Notes under the pieces: generated by a model
Told to the model about the DNA's origin: nothing
Seen by the model: only the letters and a program-made list of their open reading frames with translations
Database searches by the model: none
In this document: positions 52,351 to 63,243 of the stretch, one piece after another
Numbering within the stretch: the stretch's first letter is position 1
Layout of the letters: each line of letters opens with the position of its first letter
Origin: Methylococcales bacterium
GTDB taxonomy: Bacteria > Pseudomonadota > Gammaproteobacteria > Methylococcales > Methylomonadaceae
Assembly: GCA_032251045.1 (NCBI GenBank)
Contig: JAVVEW010000001.1
Span: forward strand, 58,484-122,483
Reading direction: 5' to 3'
DNA: 64,000 nucleotides
Translations under genes and position numbers: made by a program

Positions 52351-53640
52351 TCAGTTAGGGTGCGTGCGTAAATATTCGGAGACGAGAAAAAAGGAGCCGA
52401 AAATCAGTAATAAATCGCCGTTCTGACAGTGTTTCCGTGCTGTTTTCAAGGCATCTACGAAGCTGGTCGCGGTCAAAGTAACCTGGCTGACGTGCTCGCG
52501 CAGGAAGGCGTCAGCCATGGCTGTGCGATCAGCGCAGCGCGGATTATCGGGAAGCGGAACATAATACCAATGATGCACCCTGTCTTTCAAAGTGGCGATG
52601 ACGCTGCCAATATCTTTGTCTTTCATCATGGTAAACAGCGCGTGTATGCGTTGTGAATCAGGCCGTGTTGATAAGTAGTCTAGCAGGGTCTGCGCGGCTT
52701 GTGGGTTATGGCCGACATCCAGCAGCACTGGCACTGGGCCGTCACACAATTCCAGGCGTCCGGTCAGGCGCACCTGCGCCAATCCCTGATTGATGGCGTC
52801 GGTGCTGATAGGTGTGTCGGTTGGCAAGTGGCTCAGTGCCATGATTGCGGCGGCGGCGTTGTGATATTGATGATCGCCCTGCAGTGGCAGAGGTGTCAGT
52901 CCGGTGTAGTGCTGGCGCGGGCCGCCCCGCACAGACCAGCTGTTCACATGGCGGGTGACGTTAAAATCACGGTTCAGCAGTAACAAGGGCGCGTTAAGCG
53001 TTTCGGCGTATGCCAGCAGGCACTCGGGCGGGTCGATTTCAGCGCACACAACCGGCGTTTGAGGGCGAAAAACACCCGCTTTTTCCCGGGCGATATGTGC
53101 GCGGGTGGGGCCTAGCCATTCAGCGTGATCGATGCCGATACTGGTGATCATCGCCACATCGGTATCGATGATATTCACCGCATCCAGACGCCCACCCATG
53201 CCAACTTCCAGAATTTGTACATCCAGATGGGCTTGGCTAAACAGGTACAGGGCCGCCAGCGTGCTGAATTCGAAATAACTGAGAGAAATGCCGGCACGTA
53301 CCGCTTCGATTTGGGTGAACGCGGCGATCAAGGCGGCATCGTCGACTTCCTTGCCATTGATGCGTATGCGTTCATTGTAACGCACCAAATGCGGCGAGGT
53401 GTAAGTGCCCACCTGGTAGCCGGCAGCCCGCAGCATCGCTTCCAGCAATGCCGCGCATGAGCCTTTGCCATTAGTGCCGGCAATGGTCAGGGTGAGCGGT
53501 TTGCGGTAGTTTGGACACAGCGCCTGAAAGACTTGCTTGACCCGCTCCAGACTTAAGTCAATGCTGCGCGGATGCAGCGTTTCCTGCCAGCACAGCCAGT
53601 CTGCCAAAGACACGAATGTCGTCATGGGTGGCTCAGTCAA
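52351..53640 (-). CDS. folC: Bifunctional folylpolyglutamate synthase / dihydrofolate synthase.
   Basis: IAGTNGKGS is the P-loop. It is a Mur-ligase-family protein. Confidence 0.9.
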   Translation of the reverse strand: MTEPPMTTFVSLADWLCWQETLHPRSIDLSLERVKQVFQALCPNYRKPLTLTIAGTNGKGSCAALLEAMLRAAGYQVGTYTSPHLVRYNERIRINGKEVDDAALIAAFTQIEAVRAGISLSYFEFSTLAALYLFSQAHLDVQILEVGMGGRLDAVNIIDTDVAMITSIGIDHAEWLGPTRAHIAREKAGVFRPQTPVVCAEIDPPECLLAYAETLNAPLLLLNRDFNVTRHVNSWSVRGGPRQHYTGLTPLPLQGDHQYHNAAAAIMALSHLPTDTPISTDAINQGLAQVRLTGRLELCDGPVPVLLDVGHNPQAAQTLLDYLSTRPDSQRIHALFTMMKDKDIGSVIATLKDRVHHWYYVPLPDNPRCADRTAMADAFLREHVSQVTLTATSFVDALKTARKHCQNGDLLLIFGSFFLVSEYLRTHPN

Positions 53641-53658
53641 GTACGGGCTGGCCGTACA

Positions 53659-54513
53659 TCAAGCCAGCAAGCCTAATAACGCATGGATTTCATCGCGCAG
53701 CAGCCTGCGATCAACGATGCGGTCAATGGCGCCGTGCGTTAACAGGAATTCGCTACGTTGAAAGCCTTCCGGCAGTTTCTCGCGCACGGTTTGTTCAATC
53801 ACCCGTGGACCTGCAAAGCCGATCAGCGCGTTAGGCTCAGCCAGATTGATGTCACCGAGCATGGCCAGGCTGGCGGACACGCCACCCATGGTCGGGTCGG
53901 TCAGGCAGACGATATAGGGCAGCCCGGCATCGGCCAGTCTGGTTAGTGCGGCGCTGGTTTTGGCCATCTGAAACAGGGAGTGCAAGGATTCCTGCATGCG
54001 CGCACCGCCCGAGGCGGTAAAAACTACATAAGGACAGCGTTGTTCCAGGCAGGCGTTGACGCCGCGCACGAAGCGCTCGCCCACTGCCGCGCCCATCGAG
54101 CCGCCCATAAAGGCAAACTCAAACGCCGCGGCAACCACCGGGCGTTGGTGCAACGTGCCTTTCATGACCACCAGGGCATCGGCTTCCTTGGTTTGTTTTT
54201 GCGCCAGGGTCAGTCGATCCCGATATTTTTTTGAATCCTTGAAACGCAGGGGGTCGGTGGCCTTGATACCCGTACCCAGTTCCTCAGCCTGCCCGATGTC
54301 ATCCAGAAACAGCGCCAGGCGGCGACGAGCGGGAATGCGCAAGTGATATTCGCACTTGGGGCAAACATCGGCATTCTGCTCCAGCTCGGTGTTGTAGAGA
54401 ATGGCGTTGCAGGAGGGGCATTTGGTCCATAAGCCTTCAGGTACCGATGCTTTCTTTTTTTGCGCGCCATCGGTGCGGATGGTGGCGGGAACCAGTTTTT
54501 CAAACCAACTCAT
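53659..54513 (-). CDS. accD: Acetyl-CoA carboxylase carboxyltransferase beta subunit.
   Basis: CPSCNAILY...CPKCEYH is the N-terminal zinc ribbon. Confidence 0.9.
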   Translation of the reverse strand: MSWFEKLVPATIRTDGAQKKKASVPEGLWTKCPSCNAILYNTELEQNADVCPKCEYHLRIPARRRLALFLDDIGQAEELGTGIKATDPLRFKDSKKYRDRLTLAQKQTKEADALVVMKGTLHQRPVVAAAFEFAFMGGSMGAAVGERFVRGVNACLEQRCPYVVFTASGGARMQESLHSLFQMAKTSAALTRLADAGLPYIVCLTDPTMGGVSASLAMLGDINLAEPNALIGFAGPRVIEQTVREKLPEGFQRSEFLLTHGAIDRIVDRRLLRDEIHALLGLLA

Positions 54514-55334
54514 AAAGCGTCCTGAGATTTGCGGTGGTCCAGTGCGTGACGGATGCTGCTGATGCGTTCGACGATCGCGTCAAGCGCCTGGTCGGGCGCA
54601 TCAAGCTGTTGTTCGATCAATTGAATCAGAGCGCTGCCAATGACAATGCCGTCGCCGTGTTCCGCTACTGCCAAAGCCGTTTCGGGGTTTTTCACGCCAA
54701 AACCGACCGCGATGGGCAGCTCGGTCAGGCGACGGATTTCGGCAACCTTGCGGCCGACATCGGCGCTGTCGAGATGGCCGGCGCCAGTCACACCTTTCAG
54801 CGATACGTAATAAAGATAACCGCTGCCGAACTGGGCCATTTTCTCAATACGCTGCGGGCGGCTGTTCGGCGCCAACAGGAAAATCGGATCCACATCGCGT
54901 TGTTTCAGCAAGCTGACCCATTCGGCGGCTTCCTCGGGTGGTAAATCAACGGTCAGAATGCCGTCAACGCCGACCTTAGCGGCAGCCTCGGCCAGTTCAC
55001 GGTAGCCAAAGGCTTCGATAGGATTGAGATAGCCCATCAGCACCACCGGCGTGTCTGCATTGTCAGCCCGGAACTGCTCGACCAGGGTCAAGGTTTTGCG
55101 CAGCGACATTTTGTGCTTGAGCGCGCGTTCGCTGGCTTTCTGGATCACCGGGCCGTCGGCCATGGGATCGGAAAACGGCACCCCTAATTCGATCACATCG
55201 GCACCCGCCGCAACCAGGGCGTGCATCGCAGGTACGGTGAATTCAGGGTTGGGGTCGCCGGCAGTCAGAAAGGGAATCAAGGCCTTGCGGCCGGTGGTGC
55301 GCAGTTGGCTGAAGGTTGCTGTCAGACGGCTCAT
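54510..55334 (-). CDS. trpA: Tryptophan synthase alpha chain.
   Basis: The start at MSRLTATF gives an ATGA overlap with the trpB stop. The sequence matches the TrpA fold (FLTAGDP, GVPFSDP). Confidence 0.9.
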   Translation of the reverse strand: MSRLTATFSQLRTTGRKALIPFLTAGDPNPEFTVPAMHALVAAGADVIELGVPFSDPMADGPVIQKASERALKHKMSLRKTLTLVEQFRADNADTPVVLMGYLNPIEAFGYRELAEAAAKVGVDGILTVDLPPEEAAEWVSLLKQRDVDPIFLLAPNSRPQRIEKMAQFGSGYLYYVSLKGVTGAGHLDSADVGRKVAEIRRLTELPIAVGFGVKNPETALAVAEHGDGIVIGSALIQLIEQQLDAPDQALDAIVERISSIRHALDHRKSQDAL

Positions 55335-56533
55335 AAGTCGATACCTTCTCGTTTGGCCAAAGTAAATATATCCTTGTCGCCGCGGCCGGAAACATTGATC
55401 ACCATGATGTGCTCTTTTGGCAACGTCGGCGCCCATTTCATGGCATAAGCGATTGCGTGGCTGGTTTCCAGCGCCGGAATAATGCCTTCCAGTTCGGTGA
55501 GCTGATGAAAACCAACCAGTGCCTCGGTATCATCGATGGCGACATACTCAGCCCGGCCGGTGTCTTTCAGCCAGGCATGTTCAGGGCCGACACCGGGGTA
55601 ATCGAGACCGGCGGAAATGGAATGGGTTTCGATGATTTCACCATCATCGTCCTCGATCAGATAGGTGCGGTTGCCGTGCAAAACGCCGGGGCGTCCCGCG
55701 CACAGCGGCGCGGAATGGCGACCGGTGCTGATGCCATCGCCGGCGGCTTCAACGCCTACCAGTTGCACGCTACGGTCGTCGATAAAGGGATAAAACAGAC
55801 CAATGGCATTGGAGCCGCCGCCGACACAAGCGACCAGCGAATCGGGCAAACGGCCGGTTTGCTCCAGACACTGGCTTTTAGTCTCACGGCCAATCACCGC
55901 CTGAAAATCACGCACCATGGCCGGATAAGGATGCGGGCCGGCGACCGTGCCGATGATATAAAACGTATCATCCACATGGGTGACCCAGTCACGTAAGGCT
56001 TCGTTCAGTGCGTCTTTCAGTGTGCGCGAACCGGATTCCACCGGCACCACGGTGGCGCCCAAAAGCTTCATCCGGTACACGTTCAAGGCTTGCCGTTCGA
56101 CATCGACCGCGCCCATGTACACCACGCATTCCAATCCCAGCCGGGCGGCGACCGTGGCCGTGGCCACGCCGTGTTGACCGGCGCCGGTCTCGGCGATGAT
56201 GCGTTTCTTGCCCATGCGCTTGGCCAACAGCGCCTGGCCGATGGTGTTGTTGACTTTGTGCGCGCCGGTGTGGTTCAGGTCTTCGCGTTTCAGATAAATC
56301 TGCGCTCCGCCCAGATGGCCGGACCAACGCTCAGCGTAATACAACGGCGAGGGCCGGCCGACATAATGCTGCAGGTCCCTGTCCAGTTCGGCCTGAAATT
56401 CCGGGTCTTTCAGATATTTCTGATAAGCCAGGTTCAGTTCTTCCAGTGGCTCGATCAGCGTCTCGGCGACAAACAAGCCGCCATAAGGGCCGAAATGGCC
56501 GTGTTCATCGGGAAATTGATAAGGTTGTGTCAT
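55331..56533 (-). CDS. trpB: Tryptophan synthase beta chain.
   Basis: HTGAHKVNN is the PLP-lysine motif. Its start makes an ATGA overlap with trpF. Confidence 0.95.
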   Translation of the reverse strand: MTQPYQFPDEHGHFGPYGGLFVAETLIEPLEELNLAYQKYLKDPEFQAELDRDLQHYVGRPSPLYYAERWSGHLGGAQIYLKREDLNHTGAHKVNNTIGQALLAKRMGKKRIIAETGAGQHGVATATVAARLGLECVVYMGAVDVERQALNVYRMKLLGATVVPVESGSRTLKDALNEALRDWVTHVDDTFYIIGTVAGPHPYPAMVRDFQAVIGRETKSQCLEQTGRLPDSLVACVGGGSNAIGLFYPFIDDRSVQLVGVEAAGDGISTGRHSAPLCAGRPGVLHGNRTYLIEDDDGEIIETHSISAGLDYPGVGPEHAWLKDTGRAEYVAIDDTEALVGFHQLTELEGIIPALETSHAIAYAMKWAPTLPKEHIMVINVSGRGDKDIFTLAKREGIDL

Positions 56534-57165
56534 GAATGCTTGCCTATATCCGCCTGAGTGACCTCAGTCATAAATGCCGTCATTTTGCCAGTGTCTTTAA
56601 TGCCTTTAGCCGATTCCACGCCGCTGCTGACATCCAGCGCGTAAGGGTGAACTTGTTCGATAGCTTGTCGTGCGTTCTCAGCACTCAATCCGCCAGCCAG
56701 AATCAAGGGCTTGGCCAGAGCCTTCGGCAATCTTTGCCAGTCAAAGCCTGCACCCGTACCGCCTTGGTGGCCGGGTTGATAGCTGTCTACTAAAATCGCG
56801 TTAGCCTGTTGGTGGCGTTGACATTCAAGCGCTAAATCCACGCCTTGCGCCATGCGTATTGCCTTGAAATACGGTTTGGCAAAACTGCTGCAAAACTCAG
56901 GCGATTCATCACCATGAAATTGCAAACAATCCAGCGCGACTCGGCGTGTTGTGTCACGTACCCATTCCGGTTCCGGATTGACGAATAAGCCGACCACCGA
57001 GACAAAGGGCGGCAGTACGGCGCAGATTGCCTCGGCCTGGTCAATCGACAACGCACGCGGGCTTGGCGGGTAAAACACCAGCCCCAGCGCATCAACGCCC
57101 GCTGATACCGCAGCCAGCGCATCGCTAGCGCGAGTAAAACCGCATATCTTAACCCGAGTTCTCAT
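56530..57165 (-). CDS. trpF: Phosphoribosylanthranilate isomerase.
   Basis: VKICGFT is at the N-terminus. The gene is 211 aa. Confidence 0.9.
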   Translation of the reverse strand: MRTRVKICGFTRASDALAAVSAGVDALGLVFYPPSPRALSIDQAEAICAVLPPFVSVVGLFVNPEPEWVRDTTRRVALDCLQFHGDESPEFCSSFAKPYFKAIRMAQGVDLALECQRHQQANAILVDSYQPGHQGGTGAGFDWQRLPKALAKPLILAGGLSAENARQAIEQVHPYALDVSSGVESAKGIKDTGKMTAFMTEVTQADIGKHS

Positions 57166-57281
57166 AAATGTAACGGTTCTGATTCAGAAGTCTAGGCTTG
57201 AGCGGCATTCATGCCGCTGATAACAATGCTTGCCGCACGTCGCTCGTGCCACAGGGCGTCATCTACACGCAGGGGTGGCAC

Positions 57282-58058
57282 TTAATGTGTGTGCTCATGG
57301 GGCGGATGCTCGTGAGCAGGCTCGGTTTCCATGGGCATGGTATCGGTCGTGGGCGCATCTAAATCCTGCAAGGCGTGGTCTAAGTCATGGTCATGGGCTG
57401 TTTGATGGCCATGACTGTGCGGCGCGACGCGACCTGGCGTCGGTTCATTGTCGTGGGAGTGGGCATGTTGTGCGGGCCACTTGACCTTGGCCACGGCGAC
57501 GCCGTGTTGGTAGACCATAAAGCCACCTAGGTCGGCCGTTAGTGCCACCAGAATTAACAACGCCAATGCGGTCAGATTATGCAGTGCGCCAACGATGCCC
57601 CGCGAGGTCAGCGCTAAGCGCCACAGTGTCAAAACGCCGGCAACACTTAACACGGCAAAAGCCAGTTGTTTATGTTGTTCCATGATGTCATGCACGGTGC
57701 CGTCATGCGCGATGGTTTCGGCGGCATTCAGACCGGCCCAGACGGCAAGACCTGCCGACACTGTGCCTAAGTAAAGAAGACTGCTGGCAACCGAGCGCAG
57801 TGTTGCATGGCCGGTCAGCCTGGCGATGCTGTCCAGCAGCCAGAACAGGCTCAGAAAAGCGATAGGGTAATGCACAATCAATGGGTGCAGATTGGCCAGC
57901 GTGCCGATGCCAGGCATCAGCGAGGCTAATGTTGCTGACAGCGGCTGATTGGCCACCTGTTCGATGACAACCAGAAAATGCGCCACCAGCGAGGCCACGC
58001 CATCGCCGTGATCGCCGCCGCCGTGAATGCTGAAATGAAATAGCTCAATCACAGTCAA
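57282..58058 (-). CDS. DUF2231-like polytopic membrane protein with a His-rich C-terminal tail.
   Basis: It has 4-5 TM segments and the tail ...HSHGHQTAHDHDLDH...HEHPPHEHTH. Confidence 0.5.
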   Translation of the reverse strand: MTVIELFHFSIHGGGDHGDGVASLVAHFLVVIEQVANQPLSATLASLMPGIGTLANLHPLIVHYPIAFLSLFWLLDSIARLTGHATLRSVASSLLYLGTVSAGLAVWAGLNAAETIAHDGTVHDIMEQHKQLAFAVLSVAGVLTLWRLALTSRGIVGALHNLTALALLILVALTADLGGFMVYQHGVAVAKVKWPAQHAHSHDNEPTPGRVAPHSHGHQTAHDHDLDHALQDLDAPTTDTMPMETEPAHEHPPHEHTH

Positions 58059-58361
58059 CCCCGTATTGGTGAGTCGTTGTTATGCGCAGCAAAACGCGCT
58101 TTATCGCGGTTAGCATCAGGCGTCTTGTTGACGGTGCCGAGCCGCGTCCGAAAGGCTGATATTGTAGCGCATTGTCAGCGTTCACGGGATTAACCCTAAA
58201 GATATATCGATTTATAAGAGGTGCCGATGCCGGCAGGCCCACGTGCGCGATGCAGATGTTTGCGGGCGCTCGGTACATTTTACGGGCTGGCAAGGGCGGG
58301 CTTGACCGGTTGCCTCCTTTTGCCAAGGCGGATGGAGGGGGATTTATTCGGGTGCCTGAGC

Positions 58362-60713
58362 TTAAAACAGACTTTCAATCACCGCTTTAAGATCATTGAT
58401 GGGCGGTGGGGGTGGTTCGAAAATTCGCGGCTTGATGCGGGTGTCGAGATATTCCCAAACGCCCGGGTCGGGCCGGTCGCTTTCAATCACGGGCAGGCCG
58501 GTAGTTGGGTCAACCAGCGTTCTGCGTACCCCGGATGGAACGGTTAGCGCATGTTCTGGCCGTCCCGCCAGCGCCACGGCCATGAAGTTTGTCCACATCG
58601 GGAGCGCGGCCTGACCACCGGTTTCTTTGCGTCCTAATGGTTGGTTATCGTCAAAACCTATCCAGGCGGTGGCTGCTACCGTGGCGCCAAAGCCGTTAAA
58701 CCAGGCATCGCGCTGATCGTTGGTGGTGCCGGTTTTACCGGCTAAGTCATGGCGTCCAAGTCGACGGGCATGAGTGGCCGTGCCCCGGGTCACGACATCG
58801 CGTAGCATCGAGGTGATTAAGAAGTGGGTTTCAGGGGCCAGAATGCGGGGTGCGAAGCCAGGCATTGCCGGGGCGTCTTCCTGGCAGGAGTCACAGGCAA
58901 TGGCAGGTTGTGCGGCATAAACCAGTTGCCCATCGTGTTGTTCCACGCGCTCGATCAGGTGGGGGGTAACCCGGTAACCACCGTTGGCAAAGGTGGTGTA
59001 CATGCGCGCCATTTGTAACGGCGTGGTTTGACCGGAGCCTAATGCCAGCGACGGCGAGGCCGGTAGCTGGTCGGCGCTGAAACCAAATCGCTTGCCCGTG
59101 GCGATGATTTCGGGAATGCCCAGTTTCAGTAAAAGCTTGACTGCGACAATGTTGCGCGACAGGCGCAGAGCGGTGCGCAGGGTGGTCGGGCCGTAGTATT
59201 TGTGACTGTAGTTTTCCGGACGCCAGGGTTGGCTTTGACCGGTGATCGCGATGCTCAGTGGCGTGTCATTGACCACGGTGGCAGGAGAATAGCCTTGTTC
59301 CAGAGCGGTGGTGTAAACAATAGGCTTGAAGCCTGAGCCGGGTTGGCGTAGCGCTTGTGTGGCGCGATTGAATTTGCTGTGGAAATAATCATAACCACCG
59401 ACCAGGGCCAGAATGGCGCCGTCGATGGCGTCAAGAGCCACCAGTGCGCCTTCGGCTTCGGGCCGTTGTGCCAGCGCCCAGCTTTGGTCTTGGCGTTGCC
59501 GAATGCGAATGTTTTGCCCGGGAGTGAGTATTTGCTGAATGCTGTCTGGGGTGCGGCCAACCCGGTTGCGGTTGATAAAAGGTCTGGCCCAGCGGCAATT
59601 GCGCCAGGGCAGGGTAACGGTCGAGCCGTCCTGGCGTTGTACCTCGGCGCTGTTTTGTGCGGTATTCAGCGTCAATACCGTGGCGCTTTCGGTAGCGCCA
59701 ATGACATCGGTGCCGATGTTGGCCTGGGCGCGCCAGCCGTGCCGCTCGTCGTAATCATGCAAATTATCGCGTAAGGCTTGCTGGGCGGCGGCTTGCAAGT
59801 GCGCGTCGATAGTGGTGTAAATCCGGTAGCCGGATTCATAAACCTCGTCGCCAAATAATTCGATGGCTTCCTGGCGGGCCATTTCGGCAACATAGGGCGC
59901 CGGAGAGGGGGTCGGTGGCGGTAGCTGGGCGGTGTTGGGTTCGGTTAGGGCGTTGGTCAGTTGCAGCTGATCGATGTAACCGAGCTCAAACATGCGTTTG
60001 AGAATGTAGTCGCGTCGTGCCATGGCGCGCTTGGCGTTGGTGAGTGGATTATAGATCGAGGGCGCTTTGGGCAGGCCTGCGATCATGGCGGCTTCTGCCA
60101 GTGTCAATTGGTCGAGGGGCTTTTGGTAATAGACATGAGCGGCGGCGGCAACGCCATAGGCATGATGGCCCAGGTAGATTTTATTCAGATACAGCGTCAG
60201 GATTTCAGGCTTGCTGAAGCGACTTTCCAGGCGAAAGGCCAGCAGAATTTCCTTAAATTTGCGGGTAAAGGTTTTGGTGCGGCTGAGCAGGAAATTACGT
60301 GCCACTTGCATGGTGATGGTGCTGCCGCCCTGACTTTTTCGTCCGGTCATGGCAAACAGCCAGGCGGCTCGGCCTAGTCCGATATAATCCACGCCCGGAT
60401 GTTGATAGAAACGGTTGTCTTCAGCGGCAATGAAGGCGTCGAGCAAGGGCAGGGGAATGTCGTCAAAGGTTACCGGGGTACGCTTACTGACGCCATATTC
60501 AGCCAATAACATGCCGTCACGACTGAAAATCTGCATCGGCATCTGATACTGTGCCTCTTCCAGTTGATTCAGTTCCGGCAATGTTTGGCTGAGTCGGTCG
60601 AGGTAGGCAAAGCTGATCAGCAGGCCGGTTATGCCGAGCATCATCAGCATGTAAACCAGCTCACCTAGAAAAAGCAACATGACGTGTGCGATGCGTTTAA
60701 AAATGAACTTCAT
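58362..60713 (-). CDS. mrcA: Penicillin-binding protein 1A.
   Basis: There is an N-terminal TM, the glycosyltransferase motifs EDNRFYQH and GGSTITMQ, and the transpeptidase motifs SGFKP and KTGTT. Confidence 0.9.
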   Translation of the reverse strand: MKFIFKRIAHVMLLFLGELVYMLMMLGITGLLISFAYLDRLSQTLPELNQLEEAQYQMPMQIFSRDGMLLAEYGVSKRTPVTFDDIPLPLLDAFIAAEDNRFYQHPGVDYIGLGRAAWLFAMTGRKSQGGSTITMQVARNFLLSRTKTFTRKFKEILLAFRLESRFSKPEILTLYLNKIYLGHHAYGVAAAAHVYYQKPLDQLTLAEAAMIAGLPKAPSIYNPLTNAKRAMARRDYILKRMFELGYIDQLQLTNALTEPNTAQLPPPTPSPAPYVAEMARQEAIELFGDEVYESGYRIYTTIDAHLQAAAQQALRDNLHDYDERHGWRAQANIGTDVIGATESATVLTLNTAQNSAEVQRQDGSTVTLPWRNCRWARPFINRNRVGRTPDSIQQILTPGQNIRIRQRQDQSWALAQRPEAEGALVALDAIDGAILALVGGYDYFHSKFNRATQALRQPGSGFKPIVYTTALEQGYSPATVVNDTPLSIAITGQSQPWRPENYSHKYYGPTTLRTALRLSRNIVAVKLLLKLGIPEIIATGKRFGFSADQLPASPSLALGSGQTTPLQMARMYTTFANGGYRVTPHLIERVEQHDGQLVYAAQPAIACDSCQEDAPAMPGFAPRILAPETHFLITSMLRDVVTRGTATHARRLGRHDLAGKTGTTNDQRDAWFNGFGATVAATAWIGFDDNQPLGRKETGGQAALPMWTNFMAVALAGRPEHALTVPSGVRRTLVDPTTGLPVIESDRPDPGVWEYLDTRIKPRIFEPPPPPINDLKAVIESLF

Positions 60714-60898
60714 GATGCGTGCTGGGCAGTCGGTGTCAGGGTTAGGCCGGTGCTGGGTCTGGCGTGCTGGTGCGAGCAGGTCAGGAGTGCTTCGGGGTGA
60801 GAGGGTGGCCGTGGTGCTGTTGTGTATGTCCTAGCTCAGGTGCGGGTGGTCAAGACGCTTAACAACAGGCGTCTTGACCGCCGACTTACGATGGGCCT

Positions 60899-61288
60899 TT
60901 ATTGTGCCGGGTTTTGGCCTTTTTGCGCACCTTTTTGGCCTTTCATGGCGTGTTTCTGGCGCATGGCCATGTGGTGTTGCATCATCAGTTGTAACTGTTG
61001 GTCTTTAAGCGCTTGTTGTTTGGCAGGGTCGGTTTCGGCGAGGATTTTATTGGACAAATCGTGCATTTTTAGCCGATGCTCCTGCATTTTCTGCATGTGG
61101 CCGCGCATTTTTTCAGGGTCCATGTTCGTCATCATGCCGTCGCCATGGTTCATGCCAGCCATCTTGCCGTGATTCATGCCGCTTTTATTGCCGGGTTTGT
61201 CAGCGCCATTAGCGCCTGGTTGCGCTAACACCGGTGTGGACAGCATGATAGCGAGGGCGGCAACCGGGATAAATAAGGTCTTTTTCAT
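60899..61288 (-). CDS. Secreted Met/His-rich small protein, a putative periplasmic metal (Cu/Ag)-binding or Spy-like protein.
   Basis: It has a signal peptide, repeated MNHG/MxxM/HxxM motifs, and is 129 aa. Confidence 0.45.
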   Translation of the reverse strand: MKKTLFIPVAALAIMLSTPVLAQPGANGADKPGNKSGMNHGKMAGMNHGDGMMTNMDPEKMRGHMQKMQEHRLKMHDLSNKILAETDPAKQQALKDQQLQLMMQHHMAMRQKHAMKGQKGAQKGQNPAQ

Positions 61289-61673
61289 GGTGATTTCCTT
61301 TAGTTTAGAGTAGTTATTATGGCAAGTCGGCAGAAGGCTATGCGAGTGCCAGAATGAATGATGCCGGCTGCCTGGCCAGTGTCGTTGCGTGGTAGCCCTA
61401 TCAGTCTACTACAAGCGACAGAAACTTGGTGCATACCTGTCAGCCGGAGTCCTTAAGGTCTCGATAAAAGCGCCTTAACGGTTTCGGCATGCTCTATACA
61501 TTAACAAGCTCGACATCGTCAAGACCAGGTTCTATAGTTACCCGCACTACCTGTCAGGTAGCATCGACGATTAAAACACTATTAAAACACGACTCGCGTG
61601 CTTTCTGCTTTGCCTGATCGAAGCTTAGTTCAGAGTCGTGACCACTTTATCAGCGTGTTAACAGGAGGGGGTT

Positions 61674-63233
61674 ATGCAGATCGGCATACCAAAAGAAATC
61701 CACCAAAGTGAGGCGCGGGTGGCGGCGACGCCGGACAGCGTTGCTCAACTCATTAAACTGGGCTTTTCCGTCGCCGTGGAACATAACGCCGGCGCCGAGG
61801 CCGGCTTAAGTGATGACGCTTACCGGGAGGCGGGTGCGAATATCATCGAGGATTGTAAAAAACTGTGGCATGAGTCGGATATCATGCTGAAAGTTCGGCC
61901 GCCCGAACGCCATCCGGAACTGGCGGTGGATGAAGTCGAATGCCTGAATAAAGGCGGCACCCTGATCGGTTTTATCTGGCCGGGCCAGAACGAAGCCTTG
62001 CTCCAGCAATTGGCCGACAAAGATGCCACCGTGCTGGCCATGGATACGGTGCCGCGCATTTCCCGGGCGCAGAAAATGGATGCTTTAAGCTCGATGGCCA
62101 ATATCGCCGGTTACCGGGCGGTGATCGAGGCGGCGCAGCATTTTGGCCGGTTTTTCACTGGGCAAATCACCGCCGCCGGCAAGGTGCCGCCGGCGAAAGT
62201 GCTGGTGATCGGCGCCGGGGTCGCAGGTCTTGCAGCCATTGGCGTGGCTAAATCCATGGGCGCCATTGTCCGCGCTTTTGATACCCGGCCTCAAGTTAAA
62301 GAGCAGGTCGAAAGCATGGACGCCGAATTTCTGATGCTGGAGTTTGAAGAATCCGGTGAAGGCTCAGGCGGCTATGCCAAAACCATGTCCAAGGAATTCA
62401 TCGACGCGGAAATGGCCTTGTTCGCGAAACAGGCGATGGAAGTCGATATCATCATCACCACCGCGCTGATTCCCGGTAAACCGGCGCCGAAACTGATTAC
62501 CGAAGGCATGGTGGAAACCATGAAGCCGGGCAGCGTGATTGTCGATCTGGCCGCCGAGCAAGGTGGTAACTGCGCGTTGACGCAAAAAGACCGGGTGGTC
62601 AGCAAACATGGCGTGTCCATCATCGGTTACACCAACCTGCCCAGCCGCATGGCCAACCAATCCAGCCAGCTTTACGCCCGCAATCTGGTGCATCTTTTGA
62701 CCGAATTATGCCCGGAAAAGAATGGCCAACTGAACGTCAACATGGACGATGACATGATTCGCGGCGCCACCGTGGTGCATCAAGGCGCAATCACCTGGCC
62801 GCCGCCACCGCCCACCGAGCCGACCTCGCACGCTCCGCAAACCGAAACTCCGGCCTTGCCGGAAGTGGTCGAGCAGCCAAGCAAAGTTCCGGCTTCGGTC
62901 AAGCAACTGGCACTGATCGGCAGCGCCGTGGCCTTGCTGGCCTGGGTCGGCAGCGTCGCGCCAGCCTCGTTCATGCCTCATTTCACGGTATTCGTGCTGG
63001 CTTGCTTCATCGGCTATCAGGTGATCTGGAATGTCACACCGTCCCTGCACACGCCACTGATGAGCGTCACCAACGCGATCAGCGGCATCATCGTGATCGG
63101 TGCTTTGATTCAGGTTTCCGCGCCTGGCGCGCTGCAAACCATTCTGGCAGCCTTGGCGATTCTGGCGGCGGCGATCAACATCGCCGGTGGTTTTTTAGTC
63201 ACCCGGCGCATGCTGGAAATGTTCAGAAAATGA
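61674..63233 (+). CDS. pntA: NAD(P) transhydrogenase subunit alpha.
   Basis: The dI domain (GVAGLAAIG Rossmann) plus C-terminal TM helices are present. The gene is 519 aa. Confidence 0.9.
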   Translation: MQIGIPKEIHQSEARVAATPDSVAQLIKLGFSVAVEHNAGAEAGLSDDAYREAGANIIEDCKKLWHESDIMLKVRPPERHPELAVDEVECLNKGGTLIGFIWPGQNEALLQQLADKDATVLAMDTVPRISRAQKMDALSSMANIAGYRAVIEAAQHFGRFFTGQITAAGKVPPAKVLVIGAGVAGLAAIGVAKSMGAIVRAFDTRPQVKEQVESMDAEFLMLEFEESGEGSGGYAKTMSKEFIDAEMALFAKQAMEVDIIITTALIPGKPAPKLITEGMVETMKPGSVIVDLAAEQGGNCALTQKDRVVSKHGVSIIGYTNLPSRMANQSSQLYARNLVHLLTELCPEKNGQLNVNMDDDMIRGATVVHQGAITWPPPPPTEPTSHAPQTETPALPEVVEQPSKVPASVKQLALIGSAVALLAWVGSVAPASFMPHFTVFVLACFIGYQVIWNVTPSLHTPLMSVTNAISGIIVIGALIQVSAPGALQTILAALAILAAAINIAGGFLVTRRMLEMFRK

Positions 63234-63243
63234 GGAGCCAGTC

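Noticed and set aside
55989-56327. Arg-rich ORFs (55989..56327 minus, 56008..56199 plus) inside trpB.
   Set aside because: They are alternative frames of a GC-rich core gene. The R/G/P composition is a frame artefact.
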